64,000 nucleotides of DNA, taken from contig CAVXYC010000030.1 of NCBI GenBank assembly GCA_963765765.1, positions 160,001 through 224,000 on the forward strand, given 5' to 3'. Under the pieces are notes generated by a model. The model did no database searches. It saw nothing but the letters and a program-made list of their open reading frames with translations, and had not been told where the DNA came from. Origin of the DNA: an uncultured Chloroflexia bacterium. Its GTDB lineage: Bacteria; Chloroflexota; UBA6077; JACCZL01. The position numbers were made by a program, and so were the translations under genes. This document shows positions 19,938-29,791 of the stretch, in pieces (position 1 is the first letter of the stretch; each line of letters starts with the position of its first letter).

Positions 19938-20630
19938 ATGGCGAACGGTCAGGATAGTAGCGTCTTTCACTCACCGATCTCGCTGGTTGAGGAGACGGTG
20001 CGGGTGATCACAGACCGTATCATCCAGGGCGTGTTTTCGCCTGGCACTCGCCTGGTTGAAGAGCATCTCGCTCGGGAATTCGGTATTAGTCGACCGCCGA
20101 TCCGAGAGAGCTTTCGGGTGCTGGAGCGGGAAGGATTGGTAACCATCAGTCCACGCCGAGGCGTGCGCGTGCGAATGCTCACGGCGGATGAAGTGCGAGA
20201 TGTTTACGTGTGCCGCGCGACTCTGCGCGGTCTTGCCGCGCGTCTGGCCGTGGAGCACATGACCGCAGCGTATCTGTCCCAGCTCGAATCCATCCTGATC
20301 GGGATGGAGCACTCCGCGGCAGCGTCAAGTGTGCCCGACTATCAGCAGCAGGTGGCCGAGTTCAATGAGCTCGTTGTGAGGGTCGGTGGCAATCGCGCGC
20401 TCGAGGAGCTCATCCGCACGCTCACAGTGAGAGCGCGGATGCTGAGCTTCGATGCGCTCTCCGCTCCGGGTAGGATCGAGAGCTCACTCCAGCTTCACCG
20501 TATGGTGCTGGAGGCATTCCGAATCGGAGATGGGGCCACCGCCGAGCGTTGTGCCAAGCGCTCGCTCGAAGAGTCTATTCCTATCGTCATGGCACACTTT
20601 CAAGCCGCTGAAGCAGGAGCAACGGACTAG
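19938..20630 (+). CDS. GntR family transcriptional regulator (FCD domain)
   Basis: PGTRLVEEHLAREFGISRPPIRESFRVLEREGLV HTH; C-terminal SLQLHRMVLEA. Confidence 0.9.
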   Translation: MANGQDSSVFHSPISLVEETVRVITDRIIQGVFSPGTRLVEEHLAREFGISRPPIRESFRVLEREGLVTISPRRGVRVRMLTADEVRDVYVCRATLRGLAARLAVEHMTAAYLSQLESILIGMEHSAAASSVPDYQQQVAEFNELVVRVGGNRALEELIRTLTVRARMLSFDALSAPGRIESSLQLHRMVLEAFRIGDGATAERCAKRSLEESIPIVMAHFQAAEAGATD

Positions 20631-20795
20631 CAGGCGCGTCAGCGCTTTGGAGTGCTGCGCGAGCGCCGCTTCCATCCGACGGGGATTATCGTTACCTGCC
20701 GAATCAGTGTGCCATCCGCACTCCAAAGCCTTGCCGCTTGTGTACTCCACAAGTAATCAGATCGGCACAATTTAGGAGTCCGCTTCCCAGGAGCA

Positions 20796-22016
20796 TTGTT
20801 GCGCATACATCTGAACAACACGATCCGGACGCTGGTTGGGCTGTACGTACCGTCGGCGTTGGTCAGCTTCGGTCAAGGCATGCTCGCGCCTATCACCCCT
20901 ACGCTGGCGACGGCGTTCGACGTGCCGCTTGGACTTGCGGCGCAAGCGTTCGGCGCCAACCTGCTGGGTCGACTGGTGCTGATGATCCCTTCCGGCTACC
21001 TCGTGGACCGGTTTGGTCCACGGGTGGGGATGATCGTTGGTCCAATCATCATCGTCGTCTGCTCTGTCATCACGCTGTTCACGCCGACCTTCTGGTTGCT
21101 GCTCGTAGCCCAGTTTGTCGCTGGCGGCGGCGGGGGGCTCTGGCAGCTCGGAAGAGAGCTGATTGCCGTGGACCTCGTGTCCCAGCGGTCTCGAGGCCGC
21201 ATGATGAGTATGTTCATCGGGATTTCGACGGCGGGAGTCGCCATCGGACCGTTGATGGGCGGCCTGGTTAACGATGCCATTGGATACCGCGGCGTGTTCG
21301 CCGTGGCGTTGGTCATGGCGGTGCTGGTAATGCTCATCTCCTTCTCCGTTGCCAATGAGGGCAAGAAGATCGAGCGGCATCAACGCACGTCGTCGTGGGG
21401 CATCGGCGGAATCAATGAGATCGATCCGCTCTTCCGAGCCACGTATCTTGCGCTCATCTTCTGCACGCTGGCGGCAACGCTAAGGCAAACCGTCCACACG
21501 TCCATGCTCCCGCTATACGCGGGATCCCAGCTCGGCTTTTCTTCCACGGAGGTGGGCGTGCTGCTGGGCATCACGGGCTTCACCAACCTATTCGTACTTG
21601 GCGTTGCCGGTTGGGTATCAGACGAATGGGGGCGCAAAGCCGCTGTGGTGCCAGCCGCGGCCATTGGAGCCATCGCCTTCCTGCTCTTCCCGTTTTGCAC
21701 TAGCTTTACCGCGCTGGCGCTCAACTGCGCGTTGATCGGCGTGGCCAGCGGATTCGCTCTGGGTAGTATGACGATCTACACCTATGACATCGTGCCGCCG
21801 CAGGCTCGGGGTCGGCTTCAATCATTGCGCCGCGTCATCGGTCAGACCTCGGGGACAATGGGTCCCATCATTGGCGGGGTGATCGCCAGTATCACGTCGC
21901 CGAGCGTCGTCTTCTTCGTCTTCGCGCCGTTCTTGATCGCCTCGGCCCTTGTGGTCGCGTTCGTCGCGCGCGAGTCGGCCGGGAAGCATGCCGTCCCGGT
22001 GAGTCAGCCTACGTGA
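20796..22016 (+). CDS. MFS transporter
   Basis: About 12 TM helices; motif A GYLVDRFGPR and GWVSDEWGRK. Confidence 0.9.
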   Translation: MLRIHLNNTIRTLVGLYVPSALVSFGQGMLAPITPTLATAFDVPLGLAAQAFGANLLGRLVLMIPSGYLVDRFGPRVGMIVGPIIIVVCSVITLFTPTFWLLLVAQFVAGGGGGLWQLGRELIAVDLVSQRSRGRMMSMFIGISTAGVAIGPLMGGLVNDAIGYRGVFAVALVMAVLVMLISFSVANEGKKIERHQRTSSWGIGGINEIDPLFRATYLALIFCTLAATLRQTVHTSMLPLYAGSQLGFSSTEVGVLLGITGFTNLFVLGVAGWVSDEWGRKAAVVPAAAIGAIAFLLFPFCTSFTALALNCALIGVASGFALGSMTIYTYDIVPPQARGRLQSLRRVIGQTSGTMGPIIGGVIASITSPSVVFFVFAPFLIASALVVAFVARESAGKHAVPVSQPT

Positions 22017-22142
22017 GCGTCTCCATCGATGCTGGCGACTCATTGCAGGCCCCTCTGCGATTCAAGACTCGGAATAGCCTGACGCGAGCAAGGTGATACA
22101 ACGGCTACGCTGGCCCACTCGCACGACGTAGGCTCTGCCTCG

Positions 22143-22172
22143 GTGGCGGCTCGCCATTGGGCGAGCCGCTAC
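22143..22172. repeat. Short GTAG-type REP-like hairpin
   Basis: GTGGCGGCTCGCC-ATTG-GGCGAGCCGCTAC; the minus strand begins GTAGCGGCTCGCC. Confidence 0.45.
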
Positions 22173-22422
22173 GTGGTTTCCGCCATCTCTTCCCGAGGCT
22201 CCTCACTGCATTGAGCCGGCATCCTCCAACGGATCTGCGTGTTCGGAAGGTTTCAAGATGCGTGATTTCTCGGAAGGCCTCAGTGTGCCTTGCGCCGTAG
22301 TCTGAGCGTGGTCGGGAGATTCGCCGAACGCTAGCGGGCCAGACCATAGGCGCCCGTCGGACTCCCGACCAATCAGGCGGGGTAGTTAGTCCCATACCCC
22401 GACCACGCACGGGAGGCATCCG

Positions 22423-23342
22423 ATGTTTGAGAGAGAGCCGGCAGACACACCCGGAGCAGGAACAGCGACCTCCACTATAGAGGTACGGACGGCTTACGAC
22501 TGCGTTCGGCACGGATTGAGGACGCTGAGGCTTGCGGCCGGATTTGTTACGAAGCGTTCCAATCGATCGCCACACGGCACAACTATCCCAGCGATTTTCC
22601 GTCCACGGAGATCGCCACGGCCCTGCTCTCCGAGCTGCTCGCCCATCCGAGCTTCTACGCTGTTGTGGCGGAGCTAGACGGCCGGGTAGTCGGCAGTAAC
22701 TTCCTGGACGAGCGGTCGGCCATCGCGGGTGTCGGTCCCATCACAGTGGATCCCGCTATTCAGGATAGCGGCGTAGGTCGGAAGCTGATGCAAGCGGTCC
22801 TGGAGCGAGCCACGGAGCGACAGTTCGCCGGAGTGCGTCTGCTCCAGGCGGCCTACCACACCCGTTCACTGGCACTCTACGCGAGGTTGGGGTTTCAGGT
22901 GCGGGCGCCTATCGCATGCATGCAAGGGGCGCCCCTGGGAATCTCCATGACGGGTCGGTCTGTGCGGTCCGCCACACGAGACGACCTGGAAGTCTGTAAT
23001 CAAGTCTGTCGCACCGTCCACGGGCATGACCGCGCGGGTGAGACGTTGGACGCCATTCGGGCGGGCATAGCCACGGTGGTCGAGTACAACGGCCGTGTGA
23101 CTGGGTATGCCACCGCAATGGCGTTCCTGGGGCATGCCGTCGGTGAGACAGCTGACGATGTGAAGGCGCTGGTCGGCGCGGCACCCGCGTTCGGTGGTCC
23201 AGGAATTCTCGTTCCCGCTAACGGCCCTCTGTTCCAGTGGTGTCTCGAGCACGGGCTGCGCGTCACTCAGCTCATGACTCTGATGAGCATTGGTCTCTAC
23301 AGCGAGCCAGCCGGCTCGTACCTGCCCTCCGTGCTGTACTGA
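22423..23342 (+). CDS. GNAT family N-acetyltransferase (probable frameshift near the 5' end, possibly in the GA repeat)
   Basis: RBS GGAGG plus ATG 22423. Frame of ORF 22665..23342 extends upstream as LRLRSARIEDAEACGRICYEAFQSIA; motif VDPAIQDSGVGRKLM, SLALYARLGF. Confidence 0.82.
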
Positions 23343-23469
23343 GCGGCACCTCGCGTCACGATCGGGTGGCCGCGTCACACAGTGACGTGGCCGCCTCGGC
23401 CATCAGGCAACTACCAAGAAGGAGCATGAGATGGATATCCGACTTCATCCAGAATCGGCAAACGTTGAA

Positions 23470-24396
23470 ATGAGAGCTCGCTCGAGTTACCGTTGGCTGC
23501 CCCGTGTAGGGTCGGCCGTCTCAATGACAAGGCTTGTCGTAACGGGTGCGGTGGCAGTCGGGATCGCCACGCTGATCACCGCGTCCGGAAGCGTGGCTCC
23601 CGATGCGTCTGCCAGTCCCGCGCACGGCTGGCAGACCCGGCTCGGAAATGGGCAGGTGTCGAGCTTCGCCGAGTGGCAAGACACCGGCGCGCCTAGCGCC
23701 ATTGGTATCCGGTTTTCAGCCGATGCCCTGACAGGCCTGCCGGCGGTGGCATCGGATCACCATCACTGTGTGGATCGCGACGGTGATGGCGTCATCGCCC
23801 ATTCACGAGAGTGCGCCGAGACGCACGAGTATGTCATCCCCCTCCCGGAGGCCGTCAGCCAGCGGGAGGACGTCCCATTCAAGTGGGTGCTCTTGAACTG
23901 GAACCTTCAAGGTCATATGCCACCTGGAGTCTATGATGTGCCACATTTCGACGTGCACTTCTACATGGCGCCAATCGCGGATGTCTTCGCGATCCGGGCT
24001 GGCCCGTGCGGCCCAGAGCTTGTTGACTGTGACGATTTTGCCGCGGGGAAGATGGCTGTCCCGGAAGGCCTGATGCATCCAGACTTCAGCGACGTGGACG
24101 CGGTCGCACCGGCGATGGGCAACCATCTCATTGACCTGAGCGGACAGGAATTCAAGGGCGAGCCGTTCACCCGCAGCTGGATCTTCGGCGTGTACGAGGG
24201 GCGGGTCACGTTCTACGAGGAGATGGTGGCACTGGCCTACTTGCAGAGTCGCCCAGACTCGTGCGGGCCGATCAAGTCCCCACCAGCAGTGGCCGTCAGT
24301 GGCTTCTATCCGACCCAACGGTGTGTCCGCTACGACGCTGGTGCAAACGCGTACACCGTTTCGATGGAGGACTTCGTCTACCGCGCGACGAGCTAG
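23470..24396 (+). CDS. Secreted DUF5602/TTHB210-like protein
   Basis: Hydrophobic signal-like segment; NWNLQGHMPPGVYDVPHFDVHFY, PAMGNHL, IFGVYEGRVTFYEEM. Start uncertain (23431/23470/23524). Confidence 0.65.
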   Translation: MRARSSYRWLPRVGSAVSMTRLVVTGAVAVGIATLITASGSVAPDASASPAHGWQTRLGNGQVSSFAEWQDTGAPSAIGIRFSADALTGLPAVASDHHHCVDRDGDGVIAHSRECAETHEYVIPLPEAVSQREDVPFKWVLLNWNLQGHMPPGVYDVPHFDVHFYMAPIADVFAIRAGPCGPELVDCDDFAAGKMAVPEGLMHPDFSDVDAVAPAMGNHLIDLSGQEFKGEPFTRSWIFGVYEGRVTFYEEMVALAYLQSRPDSCGPIKSPPAVAVSGFYPTQRCVRYDAGANAYTVSMEDFVYRATS

Positions 24397-24496
24397 TTGA
24401 CGGACACGATAATCGTGCTGATTCACAGAGGGACAGGCAGAGATGCCTGTCCTGTGCTTCTCAGGAACGCGATGCCACCAGAGATCTCGCCATCAC

Positions 24497-25429
24497 TCAA
24501 TCAATTCTCAGCACGACCTTGCCAGGCACCTGGCGCTCGAGCAGGGCGCGGACGCCGGTCGCGGCATCGTGCCAGCTCACCTCCAGGCCGACTTGGGGGT
24601 CCAGCTTGCCCTCGCCAATGAGCCGCGCCAGGGTGGCCAGGTCGCGATCACCCGTAGGTTGACGCTCCAGCTCCTCGAAGAGCCAGAACTTGTAGCGTAA
24701 GTTGCGCGAGCCCAATTGGCCGGAGAGATCATTCAGATTGAAGGTCGACGGCTCGCGCGAGGAGCTGCCGAGCGACACGATTGTGCCGCCGGCGCGGAGA
24801 CGCATGATCGCAGCGGCCAGCGCCGGTCCCGCCAGCGATTCTACAACCAGATCGAAGCTCGGCCCGGTCATCTCGAGTCCCACCAGAGTCTCCGCGGCGC
24901 CCAGTCTTTCCATGCCTTCAGCGCGTTCGGGTCGGGAGACCAGGGCCGTCACGCGCGCTCCAGCAAGAGCGCCGAGCTGCACGGCAAACTGCCCGACGCC
25001 GCCGGATGCACCCGTCACGAGTACGTCCTTCCCCACAAGTAGCCCGCCCACGGCCAAGGCTTTGAGCGCGGTGAGGCCGGCTACCGGCAACGTAGACGCG
25101 TCAGCGTAACTGACATTGTCTGGGATGGGCGCCAGCCATTTTGTTGGAACGGCCGCTTGCTCGGCCCAGGCGCCGCTAAACACCAGGCCCACCACGCGCG
25201 TCCCCACGGCTGGACCGCTGCCATCGGCCGCCGCTTGAATGACGTCACCGCCAATATCCCAGCCCGGACGCCAGGATTCAGTGGCGAGCTTGGTGCGTCG
25301 CGTCTCACCGAGATTAAGCGAAGTGGCGCGCACGCGTATGAGTGCTTCATTGGGGGCGGGCGTCGGGTCCGGGGCTTCGCGAAGCTCAATGGCGTGGGCT
25401 GTGCCGGGTGCAGCATAGAGTGCCAGCAT
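24497..25429 (-). CDS. MDR-family (quinone oxidoreductase-like) dehydrogenase
   Basis: ASTLPVAGLTA, VLVTGASGGVGQFAVQL, GKVVL; no catalytic Zn cysteines evident. Confidence 0.9.
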   Translation of the reverse strand: MLALYAAPGTAHAIELREAPDPTPAPNEALIRVRATSLNLGETRRTKLATESWRPGWDIGGDVIQAAADGSGPAVGTRVVGLVFSGAWAEQAAVPTKWLAPIPDNVSYADASTLPVAGLTALKALAVGGLLVGKDVLVTGASGGVGQFAVQLGALAGARVTALVSRPERAEGMERLGAAETLVGLEMTGPSFDLVVESLAGPALAAAIMRLRAGGTIVSLGSSSREPSTFNLNDLSGQLGSRNLRYKFWLFEELERQPTGDRDLATLARLIGEGKLDPQVGLEVSWHDAATGVRALLERQVPGKVVLRID

Positions 25430-25515
25430 GGTGGTCCCTTCCGGATTCACTGTCTGATTGAGTTGCGATCATAGCGCGACCGACGCCCTCGCCCAGGGGC
25501 AAGTGCGGACACCCT

Positions 25516-25684
25516 GTGCATGTAGTGAGCGCTCCAGCCTAATTCGCGGTTGACAGAAAGCGAGCGGAGCGATGCGGGCTGCGATCGCTGTGAGGCTACC
25601 CGCTAATTTCCTCTGCCGAAATCCGCATCGCTCCGCTCGCTCAGGGAACCCTTGAAAAAGCGCTGAAGCGCTCACTGCTTGCAC
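25516..25684. repeat. Nested long inverted repeat (outer 23-bp imperfect stem, inner 19-bp perfect stem)
   Basis: GTGCATGTAGTGAGCGCTCCAGC (25516-25538) / GCTGAAGCGCTCACTGCTTGCAC (25662-25684), 20/23 matches; AGCGAGCGGAGCGATGCGG (25559-25577) / CCGCATCGCTCCGCTCGCT (25623-25641). Confidence 0.8.
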
Positions 25685-25780
25685 CGTCGAGCAACTCGAG
25701 TCTGCGGCAGTCTGCTCCTAGCCTGCGGCAGGGGCGGGGCCGGACGGGAGGTATCTGTTCAGAGTCGGAGGGATTTAGGC

Positions 25781-25953
25781 GTGGCTGAGGAGGTCACGGC
25801 AGGCGGTGTACGGGTTCTCGTCCTGAAGCAGCCAGGTGTCGACCCGCAGACGGAAGTGAAGCGAGGCGAGAAGTTCATCAACGTCCAGCACGCGAGGAAT
25901 ACCTTGACGAGACGGAGAAGACTCAGGAACTCGCCAGGCAGGTGCTGAACTAG
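25781..25953 (+). CDS. Small hypothetical protein upstream of DUF5131
   Basis: RBS GGAGGG then GTG: MAEEVTAGGVRVLVLKQPGVDPQTEVKRGEKFINVQHA. Ends at 25948 as written, or EEYLDETEKTQELARQVLN* (25953) if one indel is corrected. Confidence 0.45.
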
Positions 25954-26033
25954 GCCGCCGGTCCAAACGCAGCACTTGAAGAGTGAAAGGCCTGCGTTTG
26001 ACTTAGGCGAACAGCTGTTCTATTCTTCCACTC

Positions 26034-26782
26034 GTGAGCGACAACAGCACAATCGAGTGGACTGACGCTACCTGGAATCCAGTGACGGGCTGTACGCAGG
26101 TATCCCCGGGTTGCGATCACTGTTACGCCCTCACGTTCGCTGAGCGGTTTCGGGGCGTGGCGGGTCACCATTTCGAGCAAGGCTTCGATTTGAGATTGTG
26201 GGAGAGCCGTCTCAATCGGCCACTCGAGTGGAAACGCCCACGCCGTATCTTCGTGAATTCCATGTCGGACCTCTTTCACAAAGATGTGCCCGATGACTTC
26301 ATCCATAAAGTCTTCACGACGATGCAGTTGGCCGACTGGCACACTTTCCAAGTCCTCACTAAACGTAGTGACCGCCTAGCCCGTATGGCGCCGTTGCTCC
26401 CATGGCCATCAAACGTCTGGGCGGGCGTTTCCGTTGAGTCGGAACGGTTCCAGTGGAGGATCGACTATTTACGGAGCGTTCCCGCCACAGTCCGCTTCAT
26501 TAGTGCCGAACCGCTACTTGGTCCGCTTGACCGAATAAACCTTTGCGGTATCCATTGGCTCATCGCCGGTGGAGTGGCCACCATGCGAGACCATGCCAGC
26601 CCTCTTGGGTGCGCCGAATTCGAGATCAGTGTCTAGAACAGGGCGTGGCGTTCTTCCTCAAGCAGTGGGGAGGACGAACTCCTAAGGCGGGAGGGCGGGT
26701 GCTGGACGGGGAAACCTGGGATCAAATGCCAGGTCTTGTTGAAGGGAGTGCGCCCGGTGGTCGTGAATCCCTTCTTCGATGA
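26034..26782 (+). CDS. DUF5131 (phage Gp37/Gp68-like) three-Cys radical-SAM-like protein, frameshift near 26580
   Basis: [28 protein letters not shown] (Cx6CxxC), [33 protein letters not shown]; second frame gives WVRRIRDQC...AFFLKQWGG...[13 protein letters not shown]. Confidence 0.92.
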
Positions 26783-27884
26783 GCTGTATGTCTGGTCAGA
26801 GATCAAATTGCGGATATTGGAGAAGTACTTCACTGCCTACCTTCGGAAGCGGGCCGGCTCCAATTCACGCATCTACTACATCGACGGTTTTGCCGGGACG
26901 GGAACGTTCGGTACGGGTGGGACTTCCCAGGACGGCTCGCCCGTTCGGCTTGCGAAGCTGGGGCGGTCCCTCGCTCAAGACGCTGGCCGGGCGCAGTTGG
27001 TCTGTCTAAACATCGAAGTTGATCCGCAGCATTTCGCGCTCCTACAGTCGGCTTTGAGCCCGTTTCCTCCTACGCTTGTGCAGCTTCGTGAAGGTACTTT
27101 CTCAGAGCATCAGAAGTGGACGCTTCAAGAATCGGCCCATCATCCCGCTTTGTACTTCCTCGATCCATTCGGCCCAAAGGCCATCACAATGGCACAGATG
27201 GCCCCTCTTCTCAAACGACCAGACACCGAGTTACTCCTCAATCTCAACACTCCATACCTACTACGGTTGGCCGGGTTTCGCAACAACCCTGACTCACCAG
27301 GGGCTCAGGCGAAGCTGAGGTTGCTGACCCAGGTTCTCGGTGATGAGATTCAGAATCCCGCTTGGCTCGCGAAACTCGTGGAATCTGACGAATCGCGGGA
27401 CTGGGACCATTGGGCCGCCTACCGATATGCCCAATCGCTGATAAAGAACAGCCCCTATCTGAAATATGGGGTGGTCTACCCCGTCCGTGAGACATATCGC
27501 TCCAACCCCAAATACTACCTCGTATTCGCGTCGCGTCACTTCGACGCGATCGAGATCATGAACGATCTGCTTTACACTGCGGATGATGATCTGTTCACCG
27601 CCACCGAACTGGTTCAGCGAGGCCAGGTGGCCCTATTCGCTGGGGTGGAGCATCGGACGGCGCAACAGGAAGCGTTCCGCGAGCTTATAGACGCGATCCA
27701 CCAGTTCGGATTGGCTCATCAAGGCTGTACGCGTAATGACCTCTACCATGAGTTCATCCCTCGGTTTTTTGGCGACTTCAAGAAGAAGCACTATCGGGAT
27801 GCGGTTAAAATTCTCATTGCAGAAAAGCGGGTTAGCTCAGGTAGACCTCGTCTCAACGACTCAATCCCGCTCAGCTTTCGCTAG
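26757..27884 (+). CDS. tcmP: Three-Cys-motif partner protein TcmP (SAM-dependent methyltransferase-like, C-terminal winged helix)
   Basis: [22 protein letters not shown] (SAM-binding), [25 protein letters not shown]; overlaps DUF5131 stop. ORF open from 26736; GTG 26757 follows GAAGGGAG. Confidence 0.85.
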   Translation: MVVNPFFDELYVWSEIKLRILEKYFTAYLRKRAGSNSRIYYIDGFAGTGTFGTGGTSQDGSPVRLAKLGRSLAQDAGRAQLVCLNIEVDPQHFALLQSALSPFPPTLVQLREGTFSEHQKWTLQESAHHPALYFLDPFGPKAITMAQMAPLLKRPDTELLLNLNTPYLLRLAGFRNNPDSPGAQAKLRLLTQVLGDEIQNPAWLAKLVESDESRDWDHWAAYRYAQSLIKNSPYLKYGVVYPVRETYRSNPKYYLVFASRHFDAIEIMNDLLYTADDDLFTATELVQRGQVALFAGVEHRTAQQEAFRELIDAIHQFGLAHQGCTRNDLYHEFIPRFFGDFKKKHYRDAVKILIAEKRVSSGRPRLNDSIPLSFR

Positions 27885-28112
27885 ATTCGTCGAACGCGAA
27901 GACGACCGACGCTACCGACAGCTTTGAATCGTGGAAGTGCAGCGGTAAGATTCACCATCACGAAAACCGGGTAAGTCGTAGACGACTCAACGTTGCTCAT
28001 TCTTTACTATGCCCGGGCGTGAGTGCATGCGCGAAGAGCCGGTTTGTACTTCTCCGGGTTGATCGGATATTTGAAAGAGGTGCTCCCGGCCGTGGGCCAA
28101 AGTGCTTATGCG

Positions 28113-29682
28113 CTATTGCCGCGCTATCGCCGCCTGTCCGCCGCGCAGGACGTACTTCTGGATCTTTCCCGTCGCAGTCTTGGGCAGCTCGTCGATGAAG
28201 TGGAAGGCCTGCGGCACCTTGAAGTGCGCCATGTTATCGCGGGCAAACTGGCGTAGCTCGTCTTCGGTAGCGCTGGCGCCCGCTTTCAGGACGACGAAGG
28301 CGTGGGGAGCCTCGCCCCAACGCTCGTCTGGCAGACCAACGACGCCGGCTTCCTGAACTGCGGGGTGGCGAAGTAGGACGCCCTCGACCTCCACGGATGA
28401 GATGTTCTCTCCGCCGCTAATGATCACGTCCTTGATGCGGTCGCGGATCTCGGCGTAGCCGTCCGGATGCACTACCGCGGCGTCGCCGCTGTGAAACCAG
28501 CCATCGCGGATGGCCTTCGCGGTGGCCTCCGGGTCATTGAAATAGCCTGCCATCACGACGTTGCCGCGGACGATGATCTCGCCTTGTGTCTGAGCGTCGT
28601 GTGGTACCTCGTTGCCTTCCTCGTCCACCACATGCAGCTCTCCCGAGGTGATGAGCTCCACACCCTGCCGCGCCTTGATCGTTGCTGTGGCATTTGTGTC
28701 AAGTCCCTCGTGCTCTGGGAGCGGCTCGCAAATCGTGATGAATGGCGCGGTCTCGGTGAGGCCGTAGACGTGGGTAATCGTCCAGCCAAGCTCACCCTCG
28801 ATGCGTGCGATCGTCGCTGCCGCAGGAGGCGCGCCGCAGTAAAGACGCGTAGGCCGCGTGGGGCGCCTTCGCGTAGCTCGGGCGGGCTATTGGCTACGCC
28901 AATAAGCACCGTCGGCGCCGCGCAGAACATTGTCGCGCCTTCGGTCTTGATGGTCTCGAAGATCGAGCCGGTGCCACGCGCCGCAGACAGACGTGAGTCC
29001 CACCGACCGCTGTGATGATCCACACAAAGGTCCAACCGTTAGCGTGGAACATCGGCAACGTCCAGAGGTAGCGCTCGGCGGGAGTCATGTGCACGTGGAC
29101 CATGGTGCCCACCGCGTTCATGTAGGCATTGCGGTGGGTAATCATCACGCCCTTTGGCCGCGCTGTGGTGCCGCTGGTGTAGTTGATCGTGAGCAGGTCG
29201 GACTCGGCAATCTGAGGACGATCGAATTGGCCTGAAGATTCACTGACGAGAGATTCGTAGTCCAGCCAACCCTCGCGAGAGCCTTCCAACGCCACGAAGT
29301 GCTCGACGTTCGGGATCTGCTCGCGGATGCCGTCCACGGTCTCGAGGTAATCCTCGTGCGCGCACACCACTTTCGCTCCACTGTGGCTGATGATGTACGC
29401 GAAATCGTCCGCTACCAATCGATAGTTGATCGGCACGAGCACGGCACCGATTTGCGGCACGGCGTAGAAGGACTCGAGCTGCGAATGGGTGTTCGGCGCG
29501 ATGTACGCGACACGGTCACCTTTGGTCACGCCCAACCCCTGAAGCGCGGCCGACCAGCGGTCGCACCGAGCAAAGAACTCTTCATAGGTCAGTCGCAAAT
29601 CGCCATCGATGACGCCGAGTCGGTCGCCATAGAGCGCGCGTGTGCGACGAATGAACTCGAGTGGGGTGAGCGGCGTCTCCAT
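28113..29682 (-). CDS. Acyl-CoA synthetase (AMP-forming, long/medium-chain fatty acid CoA ligase type), frameshifts near 28975 and 28830
   Basis: METPLTPLEFIRR, INYTSGTTARPKGV, LPMFHANGW, HVYGLTE, GWFHSGDAA, DRIKDVIISGGENISSVEVE, LPKTATGKIQK. Confidence 0.9.
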
Positions 29683-29791
29683 TGACCATGCTCCTCTAAA
29701 GATCACAAAGGATGGTTGCGGATCGTGCCGGTACCATTGCGCCCGGCTTACTCAGTGTCAAGCCATGACGCGCGAAGCAATTAGGAGAACT

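Noticed and set aside
25477-27912. 10-bp direct repeat CGACCGACGC flanking the DUF5131-TcmP islet (25477-25486, 27903-27912) as att sites
   Set aside because: Short, GC-rich and plausible by chance; no integrase or tRNA nearby.
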